Assembly (NCBI GenBank): GCA_964016885.1
Contig: OZ024745.1
Coordinates: forward strand, 14,508,001-14,572,000
Direction: 5' to 3'
Source of the DNA: Eledone cirrhosa
Lineage: Eukaryota
DNA: 64,000 nucleotides
Position numbers and translations under genes: made by a program. Below, piece after piece: positions 1 through 12,295 of this stretch (positions are counted from its first letter, which is position 1; each line of letters begins with the position of its first letter). The notes under the pieces are model-generated. The model saw only the letters and a program-made list of their open reading frames with translations. It was not told the origin of the DNA and made no database searches.

Positions 1-192
1 TTTCCAGCAGGTCCTGTCTGACACAAACGTCTCCAATTAATCTGGCTGGACCCCCAAGCGAGACCAGCAGAGCTCATGCATGTTATTCAACCATCATGCT
101 CGGCTTCTACCACCGGGCCTCCTGTTGGTTGGTTTTACTCGTAAAATCTGTCCAGCGATTCTTTCCTGAGACATCCTAACCACATGCCATAT
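1..192 (-). mobile_element. RTE-clade LINE 3' fragment
   Basis: Reverse complement aligns by eye to 18341-18522, which encodes the RTE C-terminal YYGHV...GRP..RW region; cut by the window edge. Confidence 0.7.
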
Positions 193-654
193 CGAAACAT
201 CTAAATTTGACTTAGAAGTTCTGTATCATCTTAAATCATAACTTTCAATGCTGCAATGAAATTTATCGAGTTGAAATATTTCATTTATCATTCATTCACC
301 ATAAAGATTATATTTATCAGCATCTTTATTATAACTATTTTGTTCCGAGTGGGAGTTTATATGAAAACTACGATTCATTTCTATCATACATGTTTTTCTA
401 ATTTTCTTCTAATAAATATTTCTCCATCTATCACGGCGAAATCTCGCGATACCATAAAAAATCATACGCTACCTAAGGTAGCGTATGATTTTTTGTTACG
501 CTTGTACGATGCATCAAAGTGGAATGTAATATATATTAGAACTAATAATGCCTTGAGAACTGTGAAAAAATAGTTCAATTGGGAATTGAAAGAGGATGAG
601 AAATAGAAAAGAGGTAAGCTAGAATCCCCTAAAAGATTAGAAAACTCTTATTTT

Positions 655-700
655 TTTACTGGTTTCAGTTATTTGACTGTGGCCATACTAGGGCACCACC
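655..700 (+). mobile_element. Fragment of a common octopod SINE-like repeat
   Basis: ttactggtttcagttatttgactgtggccatactagggcaccacc; related pieces at ~2695-2830 (+) and ~9303-9362 (-). Confidence 0.45.
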
Positions 701-994
701 TATATATTATAAAAAAAAAATTATAACATATTCTGAATTTTCTTTTTCGTGAGGAGATAATAGTTTCTACCATAAGTATATCTTTCTCTTTTAATATATA
801 TATATATATATATATATACGTTTAAATTGGGATAAGTGTGATAAAAAATATTCATTTACTTTCAATAAATTCCCGTATGTACGTATATATATATATTTTG
901 GACACCATGCAGGACAAAAAACAAAACCTGACAAAGGGCGAAAGAACTCATAAGAGTCAATGGCCATCCAAAAGTGTGTAAATATGTATATACA

Positions 995-1325
995 CATGTA
1001 CCGCGCGGTTAAACCACTGGGAGTGAAGGACCTCTAGCCTTCGTCAGGGCATTCTTCTAGGAGAAGGCAACTCCGGAAACTGGGATAACTCCGATATAAA
1101 ACCTGTGGCTCAGTAGTTACCGATAATGTTGATCTTTTCTTCTTTTCGGGTTATACCTACTGTCGCCCAGAGAGTGGGATTGGCTCAGTGCACAGTCTTT
1201 CCTCACTTTAAAAAATATCTTCACGCACAGGCATTGCACGATAGAATTAATTAATAATTATTAATAATGGTATATCGTGCAATGGCCATACTCGATAACG
1301 AGGGGGCAGCCATCATCATCATCAT
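995..1325 (+). mobile_element. Possible RTE-derived non-autonomous retroposon
   Basis: GC-richer island with ctaggagaaggcaactc...aaacc motif resembling RTE 5' UTRs, ending in a (CAT)n tail. Confidence 0.3.
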
Positions 1326-1859
1326 ATATATATATTCACACATATACAAATACACACACACACACATATACATATATATATACACACATACATATATATA
1401 TATATATATATCGAAAATATTAAGCAAATTTGTGAATATTACTAATGGACTTTTTGATTGACATATGCGATACATTGTAAAATATAAAACATACAATATT
1501 TGACTGGTGCTACATATTAACCCAGCAAAACAGTCGATACATCAATCCTATAATTCAGACCGTCTGAACACACCGATTCCAAGCTAAATATTTTCTAGCT
1601 TCTTTCTCTCCTGGAACCGCATGCTACTCTCTAAATGTAACATGTTATTCCAGGAAATATTGACCCATTAATGTTTAAGCTGAGTAATGGATTATGCTTG
1701 GAGGGTGAGCTACAAGAGATATGAGATTACCAAATCCAAGGTTGCCAGTTCTCCGCTGTAGAATGTTTTTTAGGAGGAGGCAGTACTATAGATTGAAAGT
1801 GAAGTGTCTAAGCTTTATATCGATTATATCTGTGTACGAAAAGCTACAGAGTATTGCAA

Positions 1860-2060
1860 AAATAATATTATATGCATAAGTGGCAGCATTGTTAGGGATA
1901 AAAGCAAGAAATACAGAAGGAAAGATGTGAGGAAGATCACACAGTTTAGGGTGCACCAAAGTTGATAGAGTTTATGCTAAAGAGTTCTCGTCAACGCTCG
2001 CCGTATCAAAGCAATGTGATGGGAAACCACTACTGATTCAAGATATTGAAGATGGATGGA
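1860..2060 (-). mobile_element. Highly decayed CR1/L2-like RT relic
   Basis: Minus-strand translation with stops and frameshifts gives S*ISS..., GAP*..., FLLYF and ATYAYN in the order of the WISSFL, GVPQG, LFLLY and YADD motifs. Confidence 0.3.
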
Positions 2061-3060
2061 TATCATAGACAGGTGGATTAGCTAGGAAATTTATATTTCA
2101 TACTCAGTAAATAGTGTTACTGATGTCAAATGCAGTGACGCTGCTTTTACTGATATTCTCAAAAACAATGCACCACTGATGAGTGACATAGAAGATTATT
2201 TATCAAGTAGATCTAGCTCTACGTAAAATCTCTTCGCTGATAATATTTCCATAGTAACGAGTTGAGTGGTTTCTAGTGCATATATTTACACTAAAATTAA
2301 ATCATGAAATTATTCATGCAATTTTAGCTTTCATTTATCTATATCATATTATAGGAAAATAAATGGCTTACTTAAAATATTCTGGTGGAATGTATGTTGT
2401 TTTTATTAGTTAGTACTGAAAAGATGCATAGAGGTTAAAGCCTTTGTAATTTTCTCAAACTTAATGAGGTGTTCAGCTTGAATATCAGAATCTAAAATAT
2501 ATGGAGGAATAGCATGTTACAAATAGCGAATAACACACAGCTGGAGCTTCGTGTAGAAAATAATCGAAAGTTATTTAGCTTGTGATCAATGAATTTAGCA
2601 GGAGCAGAGACAGAAATATTGAGTCGTTTGCTGAGAGATATATGTCAAACATAACGTAAACTTTTAATTTTGTTAAATGTGTTGGTCATTATATTACAGT
2701 CATGCTGGAGCAACGCTTAAAGGTCAATCATGTCAACCCCAATAATTAGGTTTGCAACTTTGTTACTTATTTTATTCATCACGTTTGGTCGAACCGCTAG
2801 GTCACGGGGCATAAACGCATATACAAACGTGCCGCTGGCCATTGCCAGCAGAAATTACATTGCATGATGGAGTCAAAACACTATTTTGACCTAGGTGTAG
2901 AGTCGGTCAATCTCTCCCCACCGTCATTCTTTCTGCCTTTCTCTTATAGTCCTTGCTCTTTCTATCCTTTTCCTCGCATTTATGGCATTTATAGTCCTTT
3001 CCAATACAGCTTTCTTTTTCTGTACATTTTATTGAACAACATTCCATATCTCTCAATGAA

Positions 3061-3132
3061 TACCGAACATTTATTATAATGCTCGGTTTGTTTACAAACA
3101 AACAAACCGAGCATTATAATAAATGTTCGGTA
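3061..3132. repeat. Perfect short hairpin (~32 bp arms)
   Basis: taccgaacatttattataatgctcggtttgttt ... aaacaaaccgagcattataataaatgttcggta. Confidence 0.9.
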
Positions 3133-3428
3133 AACCGATACGTGCATATATATATATGTGTGCATGTATGTATATATATACATACTACTGTACGTCTGTA
3201 TACAAATATGTGTGTACGTGTACATACATACTTACATTTAAGTAAGTGCCGTACTAAGAGTGAGAAATGAAATTTCGTTTCATTCTATTCCATTTATATA
3301 TATATATATATATATATAGTAATAATAATAAATTTGAAGACTAAAATCCAAAGAGGGCTCGATAAGGATAAATATATATCAAATATATAAGAACCGTAGA
3401 GCAAATATTTATTAAAATAACAGATTAA

Positions 3429-3479
3429 AGTTTAAGCAAAGAATCGCTGCTTTCACCCTTAACGGGATCTTCTGAAACT
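3429..3479 (-). ncRNA. Type I hammerhead-like ribozyme, CAGAAGA core variant
   Basis: AGTTT-CAGAAGA-T CCC gttaa GGG T-GAAA-GCAG cgattct TTGC-TT-AAACT; stems I, II and III can all pair. Confidence 0.6.
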
Positions 3480-3593
3480 AACAAAGTCAATCTGTAAACG
3501 CAGAAGTGGATATTTCAAAAAACGTTGCAACCGGAGGAAGACAGGAAGACGATACTCTGGTTCATGGAAACGTTCGCTGGCAAAGAACGGGAA

Positions 3594-5611
3594 AGGTTGC
3601 GTTGGCGTGCCTTTTATTTCGATAATCCGCGAAAAGCAGACAGCAAACAGGATAAATTTGGATTTAAAACCTATAATAACCCCCCGTGTAACCCAGCATT
3701 GCTACCCTTCGAAAATGATGTCTTGGAACTCATTCGGAGTATCAAATTTCGGAATAGGAGCAATTCCTTCCAGAAAGACCTGAAGAATAGAATTCGTTCT
3801 ATTAAGGATTCTAATGCCGTGCACGTCCATTCCGACAAAACTGGCAACCTATATCAAGTGGAGCGCAGTACTTACCATCAACTGCTACATAATGCTGTAA
3901 CTAAGGATTACCGTAAAACTAATCGGTGCGTCATAAATGAAATCAACGATGCTGGGTTTAAAATCACATCTGATCTCAACATCCTGGACCGGACCGAACC
4001 TCTGGACCCTATTTCTCCCCACTTTACCCTGAAGGATCACAAATCCAATTTTCCGAACAACCCCTCTATTCGGCTTATTAACCCTACGAAGTCCGATTTA
4101 GGTAGATTTAGTAAAACGATTCTTGATAGAATTATACCTGAAATTAGAAGTTTGGCCCCTCTTGCACTGTGGAACAATTCTTTCCCGGTGATTGATTCGT
4201 TCAACGGCATATGTAACAAGGAACATTGCCGTTTTATCCAATTCGACATCAACAATTACTACTCCTCCATCACTTTACCACTTCTCCTTAGAGCTATCAA
4301 TTTCGCTAAAACACTCACAGTGGTTAAGGATTTCGAAGTTGATGTCATCCTCAATGCCCGAAAGTCGGTGATTAATTTCGACGACTCTATTTGAATTAAA
4401 AAATCCAATAGTACCCCATTCGACGTGAGTATGGGCGCCAGTGATTCTGCGGAGGTTACTGATCTTATCGGCCTTTTCCTTCTTTTCTCTATCAAGGACG
4501 AATTCCCCAACGCGGGCGGTGGTTTGTACCGTGATGATGGTCTTTTGACCATGACTAAGTGCGGACCTCGTGCTTGCGACAGGTTCAGAAAAGAACTCAC
4601 AGCCTTCCTTAAAGGCTTCAACCTCTCTATACAGGTTGAGGCCAATCTCTCGGTCGTTAATTACCTCGACGTTACCCTCAATTTATTGAATGGGTTGTAT
4701 TACCCGTATAGAAAGCCGAATGATACGCTTAATTACATAAGTAAACATTCCAACCATCCTGCCAGCATAACCAAGAACCTGGTAAGAAACGTTTCGTTGA
4801 GGCTTTCCCGTCTTTCCACCAGCGAGCGTATTTTCAACGACTATTCCACTTATTACAATGAAGTTCTTGCTCGAAGTGGATTTGTCGATAAGGTAGCATA
4901 TACAGAGTACGAAAATAGACCTAGAAGAAATAGATCCCGTCGCATTTGTTGGTATAACCCACCATATAATATGGAGGTGGCCACACCATTAGCTAAGTTC
5001 TTTCTTTCCCTTATTACGAAGCATTTTCCCTCTACACATAAATATAGTAAAATTTTTAATAGAAATACTATTAAAATTTCTTACTCTACGACTCCTAACC
5101 TTGCACATAACACCACAGCTTCAAATTTAGCTAAACTACCTAGCCGTAGGAACACGTGCAACCTGTAATTAGTACTAACTGTAATTGTAGGAATCGGGTT
5201 GATTGCCCCCTATCCGGGAAATGACTCTCTAGTAACATTGTCTACAAATGTAAGGTTGTAACACCCACGTCCCGTAGGGACTACATAGGGTTAACCGCCA
5301 ATAGATTCAAGCAGCGTTTTTACATGCATACCTATTCTTTTCGTTACCCTCTAAGAAGGAATATGACGTCACTTTCAGCTTATATCTGGAGTCTAAAAGA
5401 CAACCACACCCAATAAAAGTTACACTGGGAAATCCTAGCTTTGGCTAGATCGTATCAGGGAAATAAAAGACCATGTGACCTCTGCGCCGCTGAGGCCCTG
5501 GAAATACTCTATGCCACAGACCACATCTTAAACAAAATATCTGAGGCAATTTCGGCTTGTAAACATAAATTGCACAAAACTTTCCTGTATTACAGCCCCA
5601 CGAACGGATAG
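3594..5611 (+). pseudogene. PLE reverse transcriptase-GIY-YIG endonuclease ORF, disrupted
   Basis: RLRWRA, SDKTGN, RLINP, FIQFDI, MGASDSAE and GLYRDDGL; then CNCRNRVDCPL, IVY...YIG, CDLC and CKH. In-frame TGA 4392-4394, frameshift near 5165, TGA 5222, TAA 5414. Confidence 0.9.
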
Positions 5612-6281
5612 TACGATCTATACGTGGATATTTTACGTCTTGAAGTGGGAGCTAAGTATATGTTTTGTTTATTCCTTTACTTATTTGCATAGGTAAGTAT
5701 ATATTACCCGTATGTTTTGTGAAGGTACGTATACCTTCTCGTACGTATATTTGACGTATATTTATATGTGCGTGGTTTTGTATACCTATGGTAAGGGTTT
5801 TGCGTATGCTTGTGTATGTACGTATTTGTTTGCGTGTATGTATTTATTTATTTCTATTACTTCTGTATTGTATTTATTTACTTTGTTCTTAACTCTGTAG
5901 CGGAGATTCATTCGGTTTCCTAGTTAGAATTTTAGTCTACGACTTCTGCTATACCATTTACGTGGTTTTGTCTTTGCGTGCTATTGTTCTCCACGCTCCA
6001 CATATGACGTATTATCTTCGTTTTTTTTCGTTCATTGTCAGAGAACGTCTCTATGAACCACCTAAGAGAACATTAGTCTACGACCTCTTTTATACCATAA
6101 ACGTGATCCTGTCTTTGCGTGTAATTGTTTTTCACCGCTCCTATTAATGACGTATTATATTCGTTTTTTCCCGTTCTTTGCCAGGGAACGTTTCCACGAA
6201 CCAAAGAATCGTCTTCCTGTCTTCCTCCGGTTGTAACGTTTTTTGAAATATCCACTTCTGCGTTTACAGATTGACTTTGTT

Positions 6282-6332
6282 ACTTTCAGAAGATCCCGTT
6301 AAGGGTGAAAGCAGCGATTCTTTGCTTAAACT
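6282..6332 (+). ncRNA. Type I hammerhead-like ribozyme, CAGAAGA core variant, in the PLE-1 3' repeat
   Basis: Same fold as 3429-3479 with one stem I mismatch; core 6287-6293, GAAA 6307-6310, predicted cut after 6327. Confidence 0.55.
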
Positions 6333-6348
6333 TTAATCTGTTATTTTA

Positions 6349-6400
<52 letters not shown>

Positions 6401-6404
<4 letters not shown>

Positions 6405-6679
6405 GATATTAACAAATGGAAACTATATTTATAAAACCTTATTTATTTCATTATACATATTTCAAGGATACCAAGTTAAATTATGGTATGCTTTCATCAG
6501 ACAAAATACAATATATACCAGTTTTATAAATAGACATTGACGTACCCTTTCAAAATGCGACCGTTACTTTTGGAAGACATCAGGATAGGCATACCATAAT
6601 TTAACTTGGTATCCTTGAAATATGTATAATGAAATAAATATGGTTTTATAAATATAGTTTCCATTTGTTAATATTGTAT
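6401..6679. repeat. Fold-back insert between (TA)n tracts (~90 bp arms)
   Basis: 6401-6491 is the reverse complement of 6589-6679; (TA)n at 6354-6402 and ~6767-6784. Confidence 0.85.
6444..6508 (-). ncRNA. Type I hammerhead ribozyme (canonical core, short stem III)
   Basis: TATTTTGT-CTGATGA-AAGcATACCA..TGGTATcCTT-GAAA-T atgt A-TA-ATGAAATA; stem I uses two G-U pairs. Confidence 0.7.
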
Positions 6680-6821
6680 ATCTACTCTAAATACTTGTCG
6701 AGTGCTTTATATCAGTTATAAAAATATTTACTTGTTGTATCCCAACAATTTAAATAGAACTTTTGCATATATATATATATATATGTCTATTAAAAGTGGA
6801 AGATAAGCTAATGGTAGAAAC

Positions 6822-6875
6822 TATTAACTGAAGAAGAAGAAATTAGAATATTTTTGTGAAATGTATTTCTTAATA
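6822..6875 (+). ncRNA. Degenerate hammerhead-like motif
   Basis: TATTAA-CTGAAGA-weak stem II-GAAA-tgtatt-TC-TTAATA; perfect 6 bp stem I but poor stems II and III; AT-rich, so chance is possible. Confidence 0.3.
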
Positions 6876-7000
6876 TGTCATCTCTGATGACTATCTTCAA
6901 TGTTTTCAATATTAATATTAACTCTTCAGTGTAAACATTTATCTTGTTGAAAAATAAAATGTTTAGAAGGAAAACCTCTTAATTTCTCCAATATACCATA

Positions 7001-7111
7001 AATAATTGTTTCTGCTTTTGGCACAAGGCCAGCAATTATCTCAGTGCATTACTCAGTGCAGTAATGCACTGGGTAATTGCTGGCCTGGTGCCTAAAGTAG
7101 AAACAATTATT
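7001..7111. mobile_element. Palindrome made of two inverted SINE-A 3' tails
   Basis: aataattgtttctgcttttggcacaaggccagcaatt... / ...aattgctggcctggtgcctaaagtagaaacaattatt. Confidence 0.85.
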
Positions 7112-7139
7112 AGCGCTGATGTTGGTAGTGAATTACGAT

Positions 7140-7487
7140 ATGTATTAATTTGTGCACTAAATAACCGAAGTATATGACAAAGTTATATCTCTATATACAG
7201 AACAGAAGTAACCATAACTGCACAAATGTGTATATAATGTTTACACATTATAGTATATATAAATGTAAACATCCTATATATGTATTTCATGTAAATCCCA
7301 ATTAGACTTCAAAACCGGTTAACGGTATTTTTCAATTTACAGAGCAATACATGTTTGACATGTTTACATACTAAACAAAGGGAAAATTTATATACACATA
7401 TACGTGGTCTTGGTTACTTCCTTTCTCTATATATAGATATAATTTTATAATATACTTCGACTGCTTAGAGCACAAATTAATAAACAT
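7140..7487. repeat. Old imperfect fold-back element (~100 bp arms)
   Basis: 7140-7240 aligns by eye to the reverse complement of 7385-7487; related sequence near 10800-10865. Confidence 0.6.
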
Positions 7488-8483
7488 ATATATCATCACG
7501 GATGTTTTAAGCTGTGATCATGTCACAGCTATCTCAAAAGCTGTGTCAGAACGCCAGGCGCTAGCTTTTCAGCATCGGTGATATTTACTGATTTAGTACT
7601 GAGACAAAAATAATCTATAGCTTATATATTTTGGTGCAAAAAATAAAAAAGAAAAAAGAAATAAACATTTGCTGAAGAATCTTATTTGTATATAGTGCGA
7701 ACTTGACTAGATAAACTTTTATTAGCGGTAGAACTAATTAGAGTAATTAGGAGATAACTGCAACATCTACAAGTCGATATTGGTTTTCATCCTATCGTGG
7801 TCGGTAGAATAACAAACAGTTGCATACATAGAGGTTCAATCGACTTTCCTAGAAATTTGTTGTAAGTTAGAGAAAAGATTTTAGTTTGCTATCTCCAAGA
7901 TGCCATTTCCATTTTGAAATGACTATCACAAGACACCGTTTGCAATGTTGTCATTACTTATCAATACTTATATGTCGCGAAAATTATATTTTTACATCTA
8001 AATTAATCTACTTGTCAAATGCATTACAGAAATCATGGAAAATTGCCAATGTTTCATCGGCGCTGAGAAACTACAAATATAAAATAGATATTATATTTCA
8101 TAATGAATTCAAAGATAGAAACGCATAATCTGCAATATAATAATAGGATAAAGATATCAGATAAATGTAAAAGTAATTCTGCTTTTCTTCATTCAGTGAA
8201 CTTTAACATATTGCCATTAACATATCATGTTAACTATCAGAGCAGTGTCAGTATCATATCCAGTGAACGGCCAACATATATTATGTCATCGAATTATGCA
8301 CAATTTTTGTCTGAAAGTCAAAGGTTTTTGTCTTTAGAACGACAATAGAACATAATTATCATTGCTTTTATTTAGATAAATGTTAGGTTAATATGATATG
8401 TAAAATGAAAAAAATTATAAATCAATAAAAAAATCATTGAAAGCAATTTTCTTGTCTATAAAGCAATCTTTATATTAACTTAC

Positions 8484-8543
8484 GCATTGTCTGCCGTCCA
8501 GTATCTACTTAAATATAAATCCCAAATGTATTTCGCTGAGTAC
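8484..8543 (-). other. Candidate 60-nt internal exon of an unidentified host gene
   Basis: tttacag acceptor and gtaagt donor; length is a multiple of 3; only one frame open (YSAKYIWDLYLSRYWTADN); no homology recognised. Confidence 0.25.
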
Positions 8544-9137
8544 CTGTAAACTACAATCGACATTAATTGGGCTATACCAATGACATATTCAGCAGATACT
8601 GCCCTCATAAAACCAACGATTATGACAACAATATTAATATAGCAGCAGAGCGCTAAATCAGAACAGATAAGAACTCATGGGAAATCATAAAATTAAGATG
8701 TAGTAAAATCAGTTAAATCGATGCCAGTAGGAGGTTATGAATAAATCTAACACTTCTCCCCGAGGTTTCCGTTATCTCTCAACAGCACACATCAACGCAC
8801 TTCATTAGAACTGACATATCTATGGATAGAATGCCATTTATAGTTACTATTTTTATAGTTGCTATATTCACCCCAAAACAAAACAAATTATATTTGAGTT
8901 TATACAACTACTATAAAAACATTGTTCAGTGTTGTTTCTACAGTAAACTTTATACTGTTGAAATGAGTAAATAGTGATTGCTGATTAATATTAATGAAAG
9001 ATAACGACTTTTTAACATCAAGTCCAACAAGTTAATGGTTCCCGCTTGATCGATTATGAAGATTAAATGCAAATAAAAGTTTTTTAGCTGCTTTGTTACA
9101 GATTTAAAATCCCGAAAAGTCTCGTCACAGTCAATAA

Positions 9138-9273
9138 ATTTACCATATCAGAGCTAAATTTGTATCAGGGAGAAGTGGATATATTAAATTCCCCTTTACC
9201 ATATTACAGCTAAATTTGTATCAGGGAGAAGTGGATATATTAAATTCCTCTTTACCATATCAGAGCTAAATTT
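9138..9273. repeat. ~57 bp tandem repeat, ~2.3 copies
   Basis: tttaccatatcagagctaaatttgtatcagggagaagtggatatattaaattcc repeated. Confidence 0.85.
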
Positions 9274-9489
9274 GAGATGAATATAGTTTAACATAGTTTC
9301 ACAAGGGCGGTGCCCCAGCATGGCCTCAGCCGGATGGCTGGAACAGGTAAAAGAGTAAAAGAGTATGTAAGTAAAATATTTTTACAAATAAAACAGATTT
9401 GAAACAGATTATAGAAAATAAAGTAACATAACTTACTGTTTTAAAATTCCTGCATTCTAATTGGTTCGACAGTTTTCTAGAAAACATTA

Positions 9490-9722
9490 CACTCAAGCTA
9501 AACTGAAAAGTTCATAGGCTGACTATAAAGGAATGATACTAGTGATGGGAAATATTGCATGCATTAATTTCAACTCTTCTTATTAATAACTGCATTGTTT
9601 CTTTCCAGTGACTAAGTTGAAAAATAAACCTTATTTGGTCATTCCATGAGAGTATCCTGGTCAGTCTATGAACTTTTCAATCTATAAACTTTTCAACTTA
9701 TGAACTTTTCAGCCGACCCTTG
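9490..9722. mobile_element. Tc1/mariner-type MITE
   Basis: Terminal inverted repeats ctgaaaagttcataggctgac / ...tatgaacttttcagccgacccttg-TA; same family as 10965 and 15770, opposite orientation. Confidence 0.75.
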
Positions 9723-9764
9723 TATATACACCTATTATATTTCAGTATAAGTATATAGCTACGA

Positions 9765-10097
9765 GGCGGAAAATTGGTAGAATCGCTAGAACGCTGGAAA
9801 GAATGCTTTGCAGTATTCGTTTCGGCTGTCTAATCTCTGAGTTTAAATTCCACCGAGGTTAAATTTGCCTTTAATTCATTCGAGATCGATAAAAAAAGTA
9901 TCAGTCTAGTATCTGGGTTGATTCTTCCTCTGTATCTCTTTCTTAATTCCCCTCTCTCTCACTTTCTATTCTTCTCTGGAAGAAATCTGCTATATTCATA
10001 CCAGGAGAGGAGATGGGCTCCGCAAAGTTCAAAAGTGCCCCAGAAACGCCGCATGTCAATACGGTGCCCCTACGACTCCTCCCCCAGGGGTTACAAG
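9765..10097 (+). mobile_element. tRNA-derived SINE, long-tail type B
   Basis: A-box/B-box-like head (tggtagaatcgct...gagtttaaattcc), central gaggttaaatttgccttt...gatcgataaaa domain, tail ctctggaagaaatctgc...atgggctccgc. Confidence 0.8.
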
Positions 10098-10964
10098 ATT
10101 ATGCATGCATATAGCTGCAAGTGGTTAGAACTTTAAAACGAAATATATCTTCAGTTGAACATCCACAAGACTTTTTCTTATAGATTCCTATTGGCTTCCT
10201 CCAGCGTTCAATACTTGAATCGAACGCGGAGGAATGACAGGGTTGCAAGGCGAACTTCTTAATCACACAAACATGCCTGGCCACGCGCTATAAATATTAT
10301 TGGTTTTATACAGAGCTATATTTGATGTTATTACTTTGAATATATTGATTTTGATTTCAAATGTAGTTTCAATATCTACACAACTTCGTATGAAATACTT
10401 CAAAGTATTATAAATTTTCCAAACTATCGTTTTTGAACGTTTAGTCACATATAGTGCAAGTTCGACTGATTTGTATCAAGTAACGTATTTGCATGATATT
10501 GTTGAAGCTTCATTTACAATTGTATAAATAAGATTAGAAATGGGGAAGGGGTAAAGAAGGGCAGATCTGGCTGTGTGGGGAAAGTAGAGGAAAGGACTAT
10601 AAAAGCCATAGATGAGAGGAAAAGGAGGGAAAAAGAAAGGACTCTTGGGCCACAGAAGGAAAGGAGTGGGAAAGGGAGAGGGTGATGGGCTCTGGGGCTA
10701 CGGTGTGGTGGTGTTGGGGTTGCCGGAACATGTAAGCATTGATGATGACGAATAATAATTGTGAAATACCTCTATACAGAGCTCTTACACTGATATCGAC
10801 ATAGCAGTGACATGATCAGAACTTAAAATATTCACAGTACAACTAAATGCATGTTTATTAAGCACAAAAATATCGTATATTGATCTATATACTCATCTAT
10901 AAGGTAATAGTTATATATACCCTCTAAACTCTCTACCCAGAGAGTTTCCCCCTTTAAATCTATA

Positions 10965-11304
10965 CGGGGATTGGCTGAAAAGTTCATAGGTTGACCAGAC
11001 ACTCTCAATGAATGACCAAATGAGATTTATTTTTCAACAAAGTCCCTGGAAAGAAACAATGCAGTTATTAATAATAAGAGTTGAAATAAATGCATGCAAG
11101 ATTTCATAGCTCTAGCATCACTCCTTCATAGGCTGACCAAGATACTCTCATGGAATGACCAAATGTGGTTTATTTTTCAACATAGTCCCAATAAAGAAAC
11201 AATGCGGTTATTAATATGAAGAGTTGAAATTAATTCATGCAAGATTTCACAGCTCTAGCATCACTTCATCATAGTCAGCTTATGAACGTTTCAGCTTATC
11301 TTCG
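10965..11304. mobile_element. Tc1/mariner-type MITE with internal duplication
   Basis: TA-cggggattggctgaaaagttcatagg ... tatgaacgtttcagcttatcttcg-TA; internal ~140 bp unit present twice. Confidence 0.8.
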
Positions 11305-12029
11305 TAAATACCTACAATGTTATACTATTCCAGTACTCAATTACAATTATACTGTTCTCAAGTGGAAGTTAAGTGATTTAGCAAGATCAAACACGAGGGA
11401 GAAGGCAAAATAACAGAACGAGAAGATTAGTGTTACAAAACATCTGCAGCAGAACAATAAATAGTTCTACTAAAGAATGAAGAAAAAGTATTACAATAGT
11501 TTCAACACAAACCCAGGAGTGTTAAATATATTCATGTTTTGTTTTACTTCTTTAATTCTTTTAGTAAGATTTTATCGGCGTTAGTTGTCAACATTTCCTA
11601 AACAAGAACAACTCACCCCACTTCACACACAGACACACAGAGAAATTCTAGATGCTAACCCTAAACAGGGACTTTAGACACTAACTCTGAATTCGAACCC
11701 TAATTTATCAGCGTTAGTTGTCAAAAACAAAATACGCACGCACACGCATGCAAACACACACACGTACGCTCTCTCACACATAGAGAAACACACAGACATA
11801 CACACACACAGACACACACACGTACGCTCACACATGCACACAGACACACGCACAGACACACACAGACAGACACACATACACACACACAGCAATTTTAGAC
11901 ATTAACCCTAAACTCGAATCCTAAATTTTTACATACTATTTACTCGGACAGAATAAACTACTACTTCAACACACAAACAAACCAAAACACTATTTCTTCT
12001 CGCTAGGAAAGCCAAATAATAGTGAAGAC

Positions 12030-12130
12030 ATGTGGCCTAAGCATTAGGATGTTGAACTGACGATCATAAGATTGAGGATTCGATTCGTGCACCAGGCTGC
12101 GTGTAATTTGAGTCAGCACATTGCATTTAA
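12030..12130 (+). mobile_element. Degenerate tRNA-derived SINE head (third family)
   Basis: tgtggcctaagcattagg...gattcgattc A/B-box remnants; related copies at ~19115-19215 (+) and ~23152-23243 (-). Confidence 0.5.
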
Positions 12131-12295
12131 TTATAGACCTGAGCTTTCTATCATTAAAACATACTCAGATGTGGAGTGTAAATTTCATTTCAACAAATAT
12201 AGAACAGGAACTGATGGACGCAGAAGGGAGAAACAAGTACTTTACTGGGACTTTTTTTCATATCCATCCTTTTACGAGTACTTTACCGTGTTAAA

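Larger units (their letters stand above)
3405..6356 (+). mobile_element. Penelope-like element family 1 (Hydra-clade-like), 5'-truncated with inverted pseudo-LTR
   Basis: RT plus GIY-YIG coding remnants; 3405-3594 is the reverse complement of 6166-6356; 3' end abuts (TA)n; ~140 bp tandem duplication in the 3' UTR (5934-6200). Confidence 0.9.

Noticed and set aside
256-573. 105 aa hydrophobic ORF
   Set aside because: AT-rich F/I/Y-biased composition typical of chance ORFs, with no motif
5222-5224. TGA at a conserved Cys (GK*L), and TGA opposite TGC at 53564, suggesting a selenoprotein PLE as reported for some Naiads
   Set aside because: The same ORFs contain TAA stops and frameshifts, the sister arm has TGC, the domain order is not Naiad-like, and I saw no SECIS; ordinary decay is sufficient
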